Shown: positions 16,333 to 24,000 of the stretch, in pieces
How positions within the stretch are numbered: position 1 is the stretch's first letter
Layout: each line of letters starts with the position of its first letter
Position numbers and translations under genes: made by a program
NCBI GenBank assembly: GCA_034437915.1
Contig: DAOTTM010000019.1
Location: 17,691 to 41,690 of the forward strand
Length of the DNA stretch: 24,000 nt
Direction: 5' to 3'
From: Dehalococcoidia bacterium
GTDB lineage: Bacteria; Chloroflexota; Dehalococcoidia; Tepidiformales; Tepidiformaceae
The notes under the pieces: generated by a model
Told to the model about the DNA's origin: nothing
The model's database searches: none
What the model saw: the letters and a program-made list of their open reading frames with translations, nothing else

Positions 16333-17943
16333 TTAGGCGGCAGCCAGATTCGCAGAGCCACCCTGATCCCTGAGGTATGCCTCGAACTCGATCGGCGGGA
16401 CCGCGGGCGAAAGGAAATAGCCCTGGCCAGTGTGGACCCCCAAGGCCCGGAGGTAGTCGTGCTGCCAGGCCGTCTCGATGCCCTCCGCAGTCACCTGCAT
16501 CATCGATGCTTTTCCGAGGTAGACGATCGAGGCGACGATCGCGAGCGCTCGTTCGTCCCCCGGTCCTGTGAGCGGGCGCACGAACGACTGGTCGATCTTG
16601 AGCGTGTCGAAGGGCAGCTTGTGGATGTAGCTGAGGGACGAATACCCGGTGCCGAAGTCATCGATGGCGAGATGAACGCCGAGAACATGGAGGTCGTTGA
16701 GCGTCTCGATGCTGAGGCCCACATCGCGCATGACCACCGTCTCGGTCAGTTCGAGTTTGAGGTTGGCCGCGGACAGTCCAGACTCGTGGAGCGCGTCACT
16801 GACGTTCTGAACGAGGTCTCCGTGAAGGAGTTCCGTCGCCGAGATATTTACGGCGACCGTGAAATCGCCGGGGACATGGCCGTCCGAGATCAGCACCCGC
16901 AGATATTCGCACGCCTGGCCCAATGCCCAGGCCCCGATGCGCACAATCTCCCCGGATTCCTCTGCGATTTCGAGGAAGTCCGCGGGCATAAGCAAGCCGC
17001 GATGGGGATGGTTCCACCGGATCAACGCTTCCATACCGACCACTTCGCCACTGTGAAGGTCATGTTCCGGCTGGTAGTGGAGCGTCAATTGGCCCCGGTC
17101 TACTGCCCGACGCAGGCCGCTGTCCAAGCGCAGCCGGTCTTCGGACAGCTCGTCAATCTCCGGATCGAAGACAGCGAAACGGGCGCGCCCGTGTGCCTTG
17201 GCGCGATACACGGCGATATCCGCTTTGCGAAGGAGGTCGGCCGTGCTTGGATTCTCGTTCACGGCCACTCCCGCGCTCGTGGTCACAAACAATTCATGTC
17301 CGCCAACCTCATACGTGTGCGAGAGTGCGTGCGTCAACTGCTCCGCGAGCGCGATGCCACGGTCGCCAGCATCATCTCCCTGGACGATCGCACCGAACTC
17401 GTCGCCACCGAGTCGACCCACGAAAACGTCATCGCCGGCGGCGGCAAGGAAGCGCGCGGCGAGACTCGACAAGAGCACATCGCCGAGCGTATGCCCGAGC
17501 GTGTCATTGACGAGTTTGAAGCGGTCGATATCGAAAAAGAGCACGGCAACGCGGCCAGCCGCACCATCTTCGCCGAGGGCGCGGTCAAGCAGGGCCTTGA
17601 ACATGGCGCGGTCGGGCAGGCCCGTCAACGGATCGAATGACCCGCGGCGAGTGTCGCGTGTGAACACAGGACGTTCCGCGACCGGCGATGGAGTAGCCGA
17701 GGGCCGATCTAATGCCGTGGCCCCGACGGTGGACCTTTCGAGGGTGGGGGCGCCCATTCCGCTGGCGCGGGGACGCACCATGGCATCGAGCACCGCGTGG
17801 ACGAGCATGGCCGCTGCCACGACGGCAATCCACGGCGAGACAAGGCCACCAAAGCCAAGTGCCGAGAGACATGCCGCAGCCGCGCCGATGTACGATGTCG
17901 AAGCAATCAGCGGTCGATGATTCGCCCGAATCCAAAGAGCCAC
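16333..17943 (-). CDS. Membrane-anchored GGDEF-EAL protein (diguanylate cyclase/phosphodiesterase)
   Basis: N-terminal hydrophobic helices. DPLTGLPDR ... GGDEFGAIV (GGDEF domain). EALIRW ... DDFGTGYSS ... KIDQSF (EAL domain). Confidence 0.9.
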   Translation of the reverse strand: MALWIRANHRPLIASTSYIGAAAACLSALGFGGLVSPWIAVVAAAMLVHAVLDAMVRPRASGMGAPTLERSTVGATALDRPSATPSPVAERPVFTRDTRRGSFDPLTGLPDRAMFKALLDRALGEDGAAGRVAVLFFDIDRFKLVNDTLGHTLGDVLLSSLAARFLAAAGDDVFVGRLGGDEFGAIVQGDDAGDRGIALAEQLTHALSHTYEVGGHELFVTTSAGVAVNENPSTADLLRKADIAVYRAKAHGRARFAVFDPEIDELSEDRLRLDSGLRRAVDRGQLTLHYQPEHDLHSGEVVGMEALIRWNHPHRGLLMPADFLEIAEESGEIVRIGAWALGQACEYLRVLISDGHVPGDFTVAVNISATELLHGDLVQNVSDALHESGLSAANLKLELTETVVMRDVGLSIETLNDLHVLGVHLAIDDFGTGYSSLSYIHKLPFDTLKIDQSFVRPLTGPGDERALAIVASIVYLGKASMMQVTAEGIETAWQHDYLRALGVHTGQGYFLSPAVPPIEFEAYLRDQGGSANLAAA

Positions 17944-18023
17944 GATTCAGTTATCGGTTATGACGAGAATCACGATAGTTTCCACGTGAAGGCGAAGCAA
18001 ACACGCCTCACCCCGGCGAGTCA

Positions 18024-18440
18024 CTAACCGACGATTCTTACGCGCGATCGGGGCGACGAACGGTCGCACGTTGGGCAGTGGTAGACCAGGGTGAGACCGT
18101 GCCCACACTCCTTATCCACGATAGAGAGGTCGTGTTCGGCGAACTGTTCGCCCCAGCTCGCCAACGCGCCGACGACGACGCCAAGCGCGTGACCTTTCGC
18201 GGTGAGGATGTACTCCGCACGCGGCGGATGATCGCTGTAGAAACGCCTGTGGACGACGCCTTCGCGTTCGAGCAATCGCAGGCGGTCAGAAAGCAAACTC
18301 CCGGGCACGCCCTCAACGGTGCGGGCGAGTTCGGAGAAGCGTGTGCGGCCACGCAGGAGGTCGCGGACGATGAGCAGTGTCCAACGGTCGCCCACAACAT
18401 CGAGCGAGGAGGCGACGGGGCAGCGAACCGTGCGTGGCAT
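18024..18440 (-). CDS. HxlR-family transcriptional regulator with Cys/His-rich C-terminal tail
   Basis: CPVASSLDVVGDRWTLLIVRDLL..RTRFSEL ... RRFYSDHPPRAEYILTAKG is the HxlR signature. C-terminal KECGHGLTLVYHCPTCD. AGGTGA SD upstream of the ATG. Confidence 0.85.
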   Translation of the reverse strand: MPRTVRCPVASSLDVVGDRWTLLIVRDLLRGRTRFSELARTVEGVPGSLLSDRLRLLEREGVVHRRFYSDHPPRAEYILTAKGHALGVVVGALASWGEQFAEHDLSIVDKECGHGLTLVYHCPTCDRSSPRSRVRIVG

Positions 18441-18487
18441 GGTGTTTCACCTTTCGCCAACAATGCGATATGCTAGCAACGCGGAGG

Positions 18488-18512
18488 GGTTAGTCCAGAT
18501 TATGGACTAACC
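18488..18512. promoter_or_regulatory. Perfect inverted repeat GGTTAGTCCA-N5-TGGACTAACC in the hxlR-fbiC divergent spacer
   Basis: Read directly from the sequence: 10/10 complementary arms. It ends 9 nt before the fbiC GTG. Candidate HxlR operator or 5' UTR hairpin. Confidence 0.45.
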
Positions 18513-18521
18513 TATTCTGGG

Positions 18522-21032
18522 GTGAATTCGCCGGCCGCGCAAGATTGGGGCCGGGCCATGCCTGCAAACGTCAATGCAATCCTCTCCGCCGCGCTCGATG
18601 GGCGGCTCCCTTCGGATGAAGAGGCACGCTCCTTGTCCGAGACCACGGATCTGTCCCGCCTGCTCGCTGTGGCGACGACGCTGCGCGATGTGGGGCACGG
18701 ACCGCTCGTTTCATACTCGCGGAAAGTGTTCATCCCGCTGACCCAGCTCTGCCGCGACGTCTGCCACTACTGCACGTTTGCGCAGCCGCCCAAGCCGGGC
18801 GAACGCGCTTACCTGACAGCGGAGGAAGTTCTCGCCATCGCCCGCGCCGGCGCCGCCCAGGGCTGCAAGGAAGCGCTCTTCACGCTCGGCGATAAGCCCG
18901 AATTGCGATACAAGGTGGCAAAACGCGAACTCGCGGAACTGGGGCACGAAACGACGATCTCCTACCTCACGGAGATGGCCGGACTCGTCCTCAAGGAGAC
19001 GGGTCTCTTCCCACACGCCAACCCGGGCGTTATGACACTCGACGAGATCGCGGCGCTGCGCAAGGTTTCCGTTTCGCAGGGCATCATGTTGGAGAGTGTT
19101 TCTGATCGCCTCATGAAGAAGGGCGCGGCGCACTACGGGTCGCCGGACAAGAAGCCATCCGTTCGACTCGAAACGATGCGCATCGCGGGCGAACTCCAGG
19201 TCCCATTCACCTCGGGCATCCTCATTGGCATTGGCGAGACGCGCCTCGAACGCATCGAGTCGTTCCTGGCTTTGCGTGACTTGCACCAGCGATACGGACA
19301 CATCCAGGAGATTATCGTCCAGAACTTCCGCGCCAAGGAAGGCACGAAGATGGTCGATTGGCCCGAACCGGACCTCGACGACCTGCTCTGGACGATTGCC
19401 GTCGCGCGCGTCATCTTCGGACCGAAGATGAACATCCAGGCGCCCCCAAACTTGAGCCCGGAGCACTACCCGCGCCTTGTGGCAGCCGGCCTGAACGACT
19501 GGGGCGGCGTCTCGCCCGTGACGCCTGACCACGTCAACCCGGAGGCGCCGTGGCCGCACCTCGAAGAGTTGCGGAAGAACACGGCAGCGACGGGCAAGTA
19601 CCTGCTGGAACGCCTGGCGGTCTACCCGGACTACAATAAGGATGTTGCGCGCTGGCAGGATGCCGCCTTGCGCACTCCCGTCCTCAAGGCGGTGGATGCC
19701 GACGGCTTCGCGCGCACCGAAGACTGGTCCCCAGGACTCAAGACGGAGGTCCCGGCGGAATACGAAACACTGCTCCACCACATCGATGTCCGCCCGACGG
19801 TCTCCGCGACATCCGAGGTTGGCGGCATCGTCGCCCGCGCCCGCGCTAGGGACGGCATCACCGAGGCCGAAATCGCACGACTCTTCCGCGCGCGCGGCGA
19901 CGAATTCTTCGAGATTTGCACGGCAGCCGATGCGCTGCGACGCGAGGTCAACGGCGACACGGTCACGTACGTCGTCAACCGCAATATCAACTACACGAAC
20001 ATCTGCTATTTCAAGTGCCAGTTCTGCGCCTTCTCGAAGGGCAAGCTGAGCGAGAACCTGCGCGGTGCGCCCTACGACCTCGGCATCGACGAAGTCGTTC
20101 GCCGCGCCGAAGAGGCCTGGGCGCGGGGCGGGACCGAGGTCTGTATGCAGGGCGGCATTCATCCCGAGTACACGGGCGAAACCTACCTCAAGCTGGCGTC
20201 GGCCGTGAAGGCAGCCATCCCCGGGATGCACGTGCACGCGTTTTCGCCGCTCGAAGTGTGGCAGGGCGCGCAAACACTCGGCATCGGCCTCCGCGAATTC
20301 CTCGTCCGTCTCAAGGAAGCCGGGCTCGGGACGTTGCCCGGCACGGCTGCGGAAGTGCTCGACGACGACGTGCGGGCCACGCTCTGCCCGGACAAGCTCA
20401 ACACAGCGGAGTGGCTCGAAGTCATGGAGACCGCCCACGAAGTTGGCTTCCAGACGACCTCGACGATCATGTATGGCCACATCGATGGGCCGGAGAACTG
20501 GGCGAAGCACCTCGTGCGCCTGCGCGACCTCCAGATCAAGACAGGTGGCTTCACGGAGTTCGTTCCCTTGCCCTTCGTCCACATGGAAGCGCCGATCTAT
20601 CTCAAAGGGAACGCGCGCAAGGGCCCGACCTTCCGCGAGGCCGTGCTCATGCACGCCGTCGCCCGCCTTGCCTTGCACCCGCACATCACGAACATCCAGG
20701 TCTCGTGGGTGAAGATGGGCGAAGACGGCGTGAAGGCCTGTCTCCAAGCCGGCTGCAACGACCTCGGCGGGACGCTCATGAACGAAAGCATCACGCGCGC
20801 CGCAGGCACCGAGCACGGCCAGGAGCTGCCGCCCTGGAAGATGGAGGAGATCATTCGCTCCATTGAGCGCGAGCCGCGCCAGCGCAGCACGACCTACGGC
20901 ACGCCCCCGGAGAGCCAGGTACAGCTTTCGTTCCACGCTGAAGCGCTCACACCGGTCATCCTCACGCCCGCCAGGAAGTATGACCGCGTCGGTCGCAAGC
21001 GCGAGGCGGACGAGGCCGTTCCCGTCGTATGA
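18522..21032 (+). CDS. fbiC: FO synthase, fused CofG/CofH (7,8-didemethyl-8-hydroxy-5-deazariboflavin synthase)
   Basis: 836 aa with two radical-SAM cluster motifs (CRDVCHYCTF and CYFKCQFCAF). CofH-like NINYTNIC. Length and order match bifunctional FbiC. The start is either GTG 18522 or ATG 18558. Confidence 0.9.
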   Translation: MNSPAAQDWGRAMPANVNAILSAALDGRLPSDEEARSLSETTDLSRLLAVATTLRDVGHGPLVSYSRKVFIPLTQLCRDVCHYCTFAQPPKPGERAYLTAEEVLAIARAGAAQGCKEALFTLGDKPELRYKVAKRELAELGHETTISYLTEMAGLVLKETGLFPHANPGVMTLDEIAALRKVSVSQGIMLESVSDRLMKKGAAHYGSPDKKPSVRLETMRIAGELQVPFTSGILIGIGETRLERIESFLALRDLHQRYGHIQEIIVQNFRAKEGTKMVDWPEPDLDDLLWTIAVARVIFGPKMNIQAPPNLSPEHYPRLVAAGLNDWGGVSPVTPDHVNPEAPWPHLEELRKNTAATGKYLLERLAVYPDYNKDVARWQDAALRTPVLKAVDADGFARTEDWSPGLKTEVPAEYETLLHHIDVRPTVSATSEVGGIVARARARDGITEAEIARLFRARGDEFFEICTAADALRREVNGDTVTYVVNRNINYTNICYFKCQFCAFSKGKLSENLRGAPYDLGIDEVVRRAEEAWARGGTEVCMQGGIHPEYTGETYLKLASAVKAAIPGMHVHAFSPLEVWQGAQTLGIGLREFLVRLKEAGLGTLPGTAAEVLDDDVRATLCPDKLNTAEWLEVMETAHEVGFQTTSTIMYGHIDGPENWAKHLVRLRDLQIKTGGFTEFVPLPFVHMEAPIYLKGNARKGPTFREAVLMHAVARLALHPHITNIQVSWVKMGEDGVKACLQAGCNDLGGTLMNESITRAAGTEHGQELPPWKMEEIIRSIEREPRQRSTTYGTPPESQVQLSFHAEALTPVILTPARKYDRVGRKREADEAVPVV

Positions 21033-21508
21033 ACGGGTTTTCCATGCGGCTGGCGACCGTCGCCGACGTGCCTCTCATCTGCGACCACCGCGAGAAGATG
21101 ATGCGCGATATGGGCCACCGCGAGGACGAGGTCGCGATGGCGGAGATGACCTCTCGGTTCCGCCCCTGGGTGGAAGAAAAGCTGGCCTCCGGTATCTACA
21201 CGCACTGGTTCGCGAACACGGATGACGGCGCGGATGACGGCGCGGCTGCCGGCGGGGCAGCGCTCTGGGTGCGCGAACGCCATCCCGGGCTGCTCGGGCC
21301 GCGCAACCAGCACGGCTACATCCTCAATGTGTACGTCGAACCCGCTTTCCGTCGACATGGCCTCGCACAGGAGATCGTCCAAGCCATCCTGGCGCACTGC
21401 AGGGCGATCGAAATGGATACGGTCGAGCTGCACGCCAGCGATCAGGGACGCCCGATCTACGCCGCCCTCGGGTTCGCCGCCACAAACGAGATGCGGCTGA
21501 GCATCTGA
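21029..21508 (+). CDS. GNAT-family N-acetyltransferase
   Basis: 159 aa. Acetyl-CoA-binding region YVEPAFRRHGLAQEIV and C-terminal YAALGF. Its ATG overlaps the fbiC stop (ATGA). Confidence 0.75.
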   Translation: MNGFSMRLATVADVPLICDHREKMMRDMGHREDEVAMAEMTSRFRPWVEEKLASGIYTHWFANTDDGADDGAAAGGAALWVRERHPGLLGPRNQHGYILNVYVEPAFRRHGLAQEIVQAILAHCRAIEMDTVELHASDQGRPIYAALGFAATNEMRLSI

Positions 21509-21515
21509 CCTGATG

Positions 21516-22352
21516 CTACCGCGGCGCCCAGCTCACCACACCAATCTGAAGCGGCGCCCAGTTTAGCGACCAGCGTCCGCCGCGTTCGCTCATCTCTGCC
21601 TTCGCAGCTTCTTGCAGCCGCCTGTCCTTCTCGCTTCCCTCTTTCACCCACGTTTGCTGGCGCAACATGCGCGTCGCTGCCGCGGGGTCGTCGTAACTCA
21701 TCGGTGGCCGAGGGAAGAGGCGGACTTCGAAGACGCGTCCGCGCGCCAGCAACATCGCCAGGAGATCTGGCAGGCAGGGCAGGACAACGCGCTCCACGCC
21801 ATGTACCGCTGGCCAGAACGGGTAGGCGAATGACGCAGGAGGGCGCGAGGTCTGCACGGCCACGCAAAGGCGCTCCGCCGAGGCTTCCATCGCATCGAGG
21901 AACTCGCCGAAGTTCTCCACGTCGTTACCTACGTTGGCGATGAGCGCGACATCGGCCCGCGGCGCGTCCGCCATGGGCCAGCGGCTCTGCACGATGCGGA
22001 CGTTTGGCACGTTGTATTCGGTCATGCACTCGCGCAGCAGGTTCCCCATGCCATCCGAGGGTTCCACGGCGATGACTTCCTTCGCACGCAAGGCAATGCC
22101 AAGTGCGAATCGACCGCCGCCAGCGCCGATGTCGAGCCATGACTCGCCCGGCAGAACGAGGTCCTGGAGCGCATTGAGGATAGGATCGTCCGCGCGCCGT
22201 GGGTCAGCCTTGAACGCGGCGGCGATAGGGCCATAGAAGTCGGTGCGCTCGGGTTCCTCGCGATAGGTGTCGACCTGTTGGCGGTCGGCGTGGACACGTT
22301 CTGCCCACTCGCGGGCGGCGTCGACGGGTGATGGACGGAGGGCGCTACTCAT
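21516..22352 (-). CDS. Class I SAM-dependent methyltransferase
   Basis: Motif I WLDIGAGGGRFAL and EVIAVEPS. The start is placed at ATG 22352 (MSSALRPSPVDAA) rather than the track start 22439. Confidence 0.7.
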   Translation of the reverse strand: MSSALRPSPVDAAREWAERVHADRQQVDTYREEPERTDFYGPIAAAFKADPRRADDPILNALQDLVLPGESWLDIGAGGGRFALGIALRAKEVIAVEPSDGMGNLLRECMTEYNVPNVRIVQSRWPMADAPRADVALIANVGNDVENFGEFLDAMEASAERLCVAVQTSRPPASFAYPFWPAVHGVERVVLPCLPDLLAMLLARGRVFEVRLFPRPPMSYDDPAAATRMLRQQTWVKEGSEKDRRLQEAAKAEMSERGGRWSLNWAPLQIGVVSWAPR

Positions 22353-22469
22353 GCGCACCAGTCTGCGGCAGGTTCGGGAGGCGCGGCAAATGGGTGTCGG
22401 CTGACAGCCGAATCCGAGCCGCGAATGCAACATGGACAAAGAGCATCATTGAGTGGCAATGTCCACCAT

Positions 22470-23430
22470 GCCAAACGAAGGCGCTCGCCCCTCTTGGCTG
22501 ACGTAAAAGCCGCATTGGCGGCGCTCGATGCGAGCATCTCGGCATACCGCCCGCGCGATACCGGGAAATCGCATCCCACCTTGAGCCGCTGCCCGGGAAG
22601 CTCGACCTGAACCAATTCGTGCAGGTGGACCTGGTCAAGCAGACCGACGCCGCCACACTCGGCAAGGATGTCGTGGACGAAATCCTTCGAGCCGCCGAAC
22701 TGCCCCGCAGGATTGGGCGGTCGCGACCGGATGACGCCATGGCGCGGTTCATCGAGCGGTTCACAGAGCGCGTCGAAGGCGAGGCGGTGCCGCTCCTGGA
22801 AGCGCTGGACCCCGACTTCGGTGTACCGTTCGACGATGACGAATCCGCGCCCACTCCGCTCATGGCGGGGCTCGGCGCCAACGAGGCGCCACCTCCAACG
22901 CAGACGTGGGGCCGCGGGACGATTATCTCCTCGGCCGACTGCTTGAGTCGCAAGCCGCGGGTGGGCAGGAACTCGTCCTCACGCGGAGCGACGTCGAGAA
23001 GCTCGAAAGCGCCGATGCGCCGCAGTTCCCTGACGCGCGTTGGGCAATGGCTGTCCTCGCCGCGACGGACGCATCCGCGCTTGCCCATGGCAATTTCCGG
23101 GTTTAGCTCTTGGAGGTGGGTGGCCCTTCCGGGGCGCGGCCATTCGGCCGCTTTTGCCATGGCGACAGTGCCCTCCAATCTGCCGTCGAAGAGCACCTAC
23201 GCGCGGAGGAGGCGCTCGACCCGGAGGCCATCTTCGCGGAGATCGTCCACCTCCCGCGGTCGCGCGATGTCAACGTTGCTGCCCGCCCGGTGCTTCGTGG
23301 CTACGAGATCCCCTGCCTTGGCCAATCCGGTGCGCCCGGCGACCGCCAGATCCCCCTCGCCGACCTTACAGTGTCAGAGAAGGGGGGCTGACCGTGCTGT
23401 CTCCGGCGCGACGGACTACACGGAGGACAC
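22470..23430 (+). pseudogene. Remnant of a LanB-type lantibiotic/thiopeptide dehydratase (N-terminal glutamylation-domain segment)
   Basis: Family-like text is spread over three frames. Frame 2: LDLNQFVQVDLVKQTDAATLGKDVVDEILRAAEL...FIERFTERVEGEAVPLLEALDPDFGVPF. Frame 1: DDYLLGRLLESQAAGGQELVLTRSDVEKL...FPDARWAMAVLAA..GNFRV, then TAG (23104-23106), then LLEVGGPSGARPFGRFCH...AEIVHLP...ARPVLRGYEIPCLGQSGAPGDRQIPLADL. A further frame change occurs at the G6 run 23382-23387. Both the N- and C-terminal parts of a full dehydratase are missing. Confidence 0.65.
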
Positions 23431-23439
23431 CCCCGGGCC

Positions 23440-24000
23440 TCGTCCGAAGCGGATCCGCCGCTTCCCGCACATCTATCAGCTGGACGAGATGGACTGCGGC
23501 GCCCCCTGCCTGGCGATGGTTTGTCGCCACTTTGGCCGCTCCGTGGGATCTCCCGCATCCGCGAAGCCGTACACACCTCCACCGGACGGCACGAGCCTCG
23601 CCGGGATCACGCTCGGGGCGGAGGAACTCGGCCTGGCAGCCGGCTCCGTGCGCGCCTCCAAGAGCAAGCTCGATGAACTCCCATTGCCACCAGTGGTCCA
23701 CTGGGAGGGGAATCATTGGGTTGTGCTCTACGACGTCGGGGCCAATCACGTCCGCATCGCCGACCCGTCCCGCGGACCCGCCGCGTCGCCCGCAAGGAGT
23801 TCATGGAGAAGTCGAGCGGTTACGCGTCGTTGCTTTCCACCACGGAGCGCTTCACTGAAGCGCCGGAGTCTCCTTTCAGCCTGCGTTGGCTGCTCCCCTT
23901 CGTCCGCCCCCACCTCGGGAGGATCCTGCTGGCCGTGCTGTTCGCCGTGGTCGCCGCCAGTCTCGCGCTCGTGTTGCCAATCCTCACGCAGGTCGTCGTC
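23440..24000 (+). pseudogene. C39-peptidase-domain bacteriocin ABC exporter, 5' part, frameshifted; continues off the right edge
   Basis: RRFPHIYQLDEMDCGAPCLAMVCRHFG (catalytic Cys), GNHWVVLYD (His), and IADP are in frame 2. The ancestral text GISRIREAVHTST is readable only in another frame between about 23546 and 23584. After about 23775 the canonical continuation RRVARKEFMEKSSGYASLL...LRWLLPFVRPHLGRILLAVLFAVVAASLAL is in frame 1. There is no ATG/GTG/TTG start in the peptidase frame upstream of the Cys motif. Confidence 0.65.

Noticed and set aside
16333-17943. The GGDEF-EAL protein as a light-signalling output of the neighbouring photoreceptor genes.
   Set aside because: Its N-terminus has only hydrophobic helices and an unstructured linker, with no PAS/LOV/BLUF/GAF domain. 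A tRNA gene and opposite-facing neighbours separate it from the operon, so proximity is the only argument.
21516-22352. The SAM methyltransferase as a tailoring enzyme of the decayed RiPP cluster.
   Set aside because: It is on the opposite strand and intact while the cluster is eroded. It shows only the generic class I motifs, so adjacency alone does not support a functional link.

Overview
High-GC bacterial chromosomal window (about 65% GC by hand count on sampled lines), almost entirely coding. Taxon not determinable. Four parts follow.

(1) 1-4987, all on the minus strand. LysM/SLT muramidase, coaE, a CbbQ/NorQ AAA+ ATPase, a four-helix-bundle (23S-IVS/Avd-like) gene, a metallophosphoesterase, and the N-terminal part of a NorD/CbbO-like protein. 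Two intergenic spacers are filled by cassettes bounded by inverted arrays of a tandem heptamer (NNCCGAG ... CTCGGNN). One cassette carries the four-helix-bundle gene; the other is gene-less.

(2) 5106-7304. Two tandem paralogous exported proteins. Next to them is a low-GC island (about 50%) holding a frameshifted GerE/LuxR HTH ORF. That ORF runs without a stop into a hydrophobic segment and an aromatic-rich exported domain, which is interrupted by one in-frame TAG.

(3) 7584-21508. acs, then a light-related neighbourhood:
- a LitR/CarH-type MerR-B12 regulator, divergent from a minus-strand gene string: DUF4397 protein, heliorhodopsin, TIGR01777 SDR, SDR/DUF2867, CPD photolyase (the last three tightly coupled);
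- tRNA-Pro(GGG);
- a GGDEF-EAL protein;
- an HxlR regulator, divergent from fbiC (FO synthase), with a perfect 10-bp palindrome between them;
- a GNAT gene overlapping the fbiC stop.

(4) 21516-24000. A SAM methyltransferase, then a decayed RiPP locus: a LanB-type dehydratase remnant with frameshifts and a nonsense TAG, and a C39-peptidase ABC exporter with frameshifts.

The most interesting items are the heliorhodopsin-SDR-SDR-photolyase arrangement under a probable B12 photoreceptor, and the heptamer-array-bounded IVS-like cassettes.

All calls rest on hand translation and motif recognition. No searches were run.
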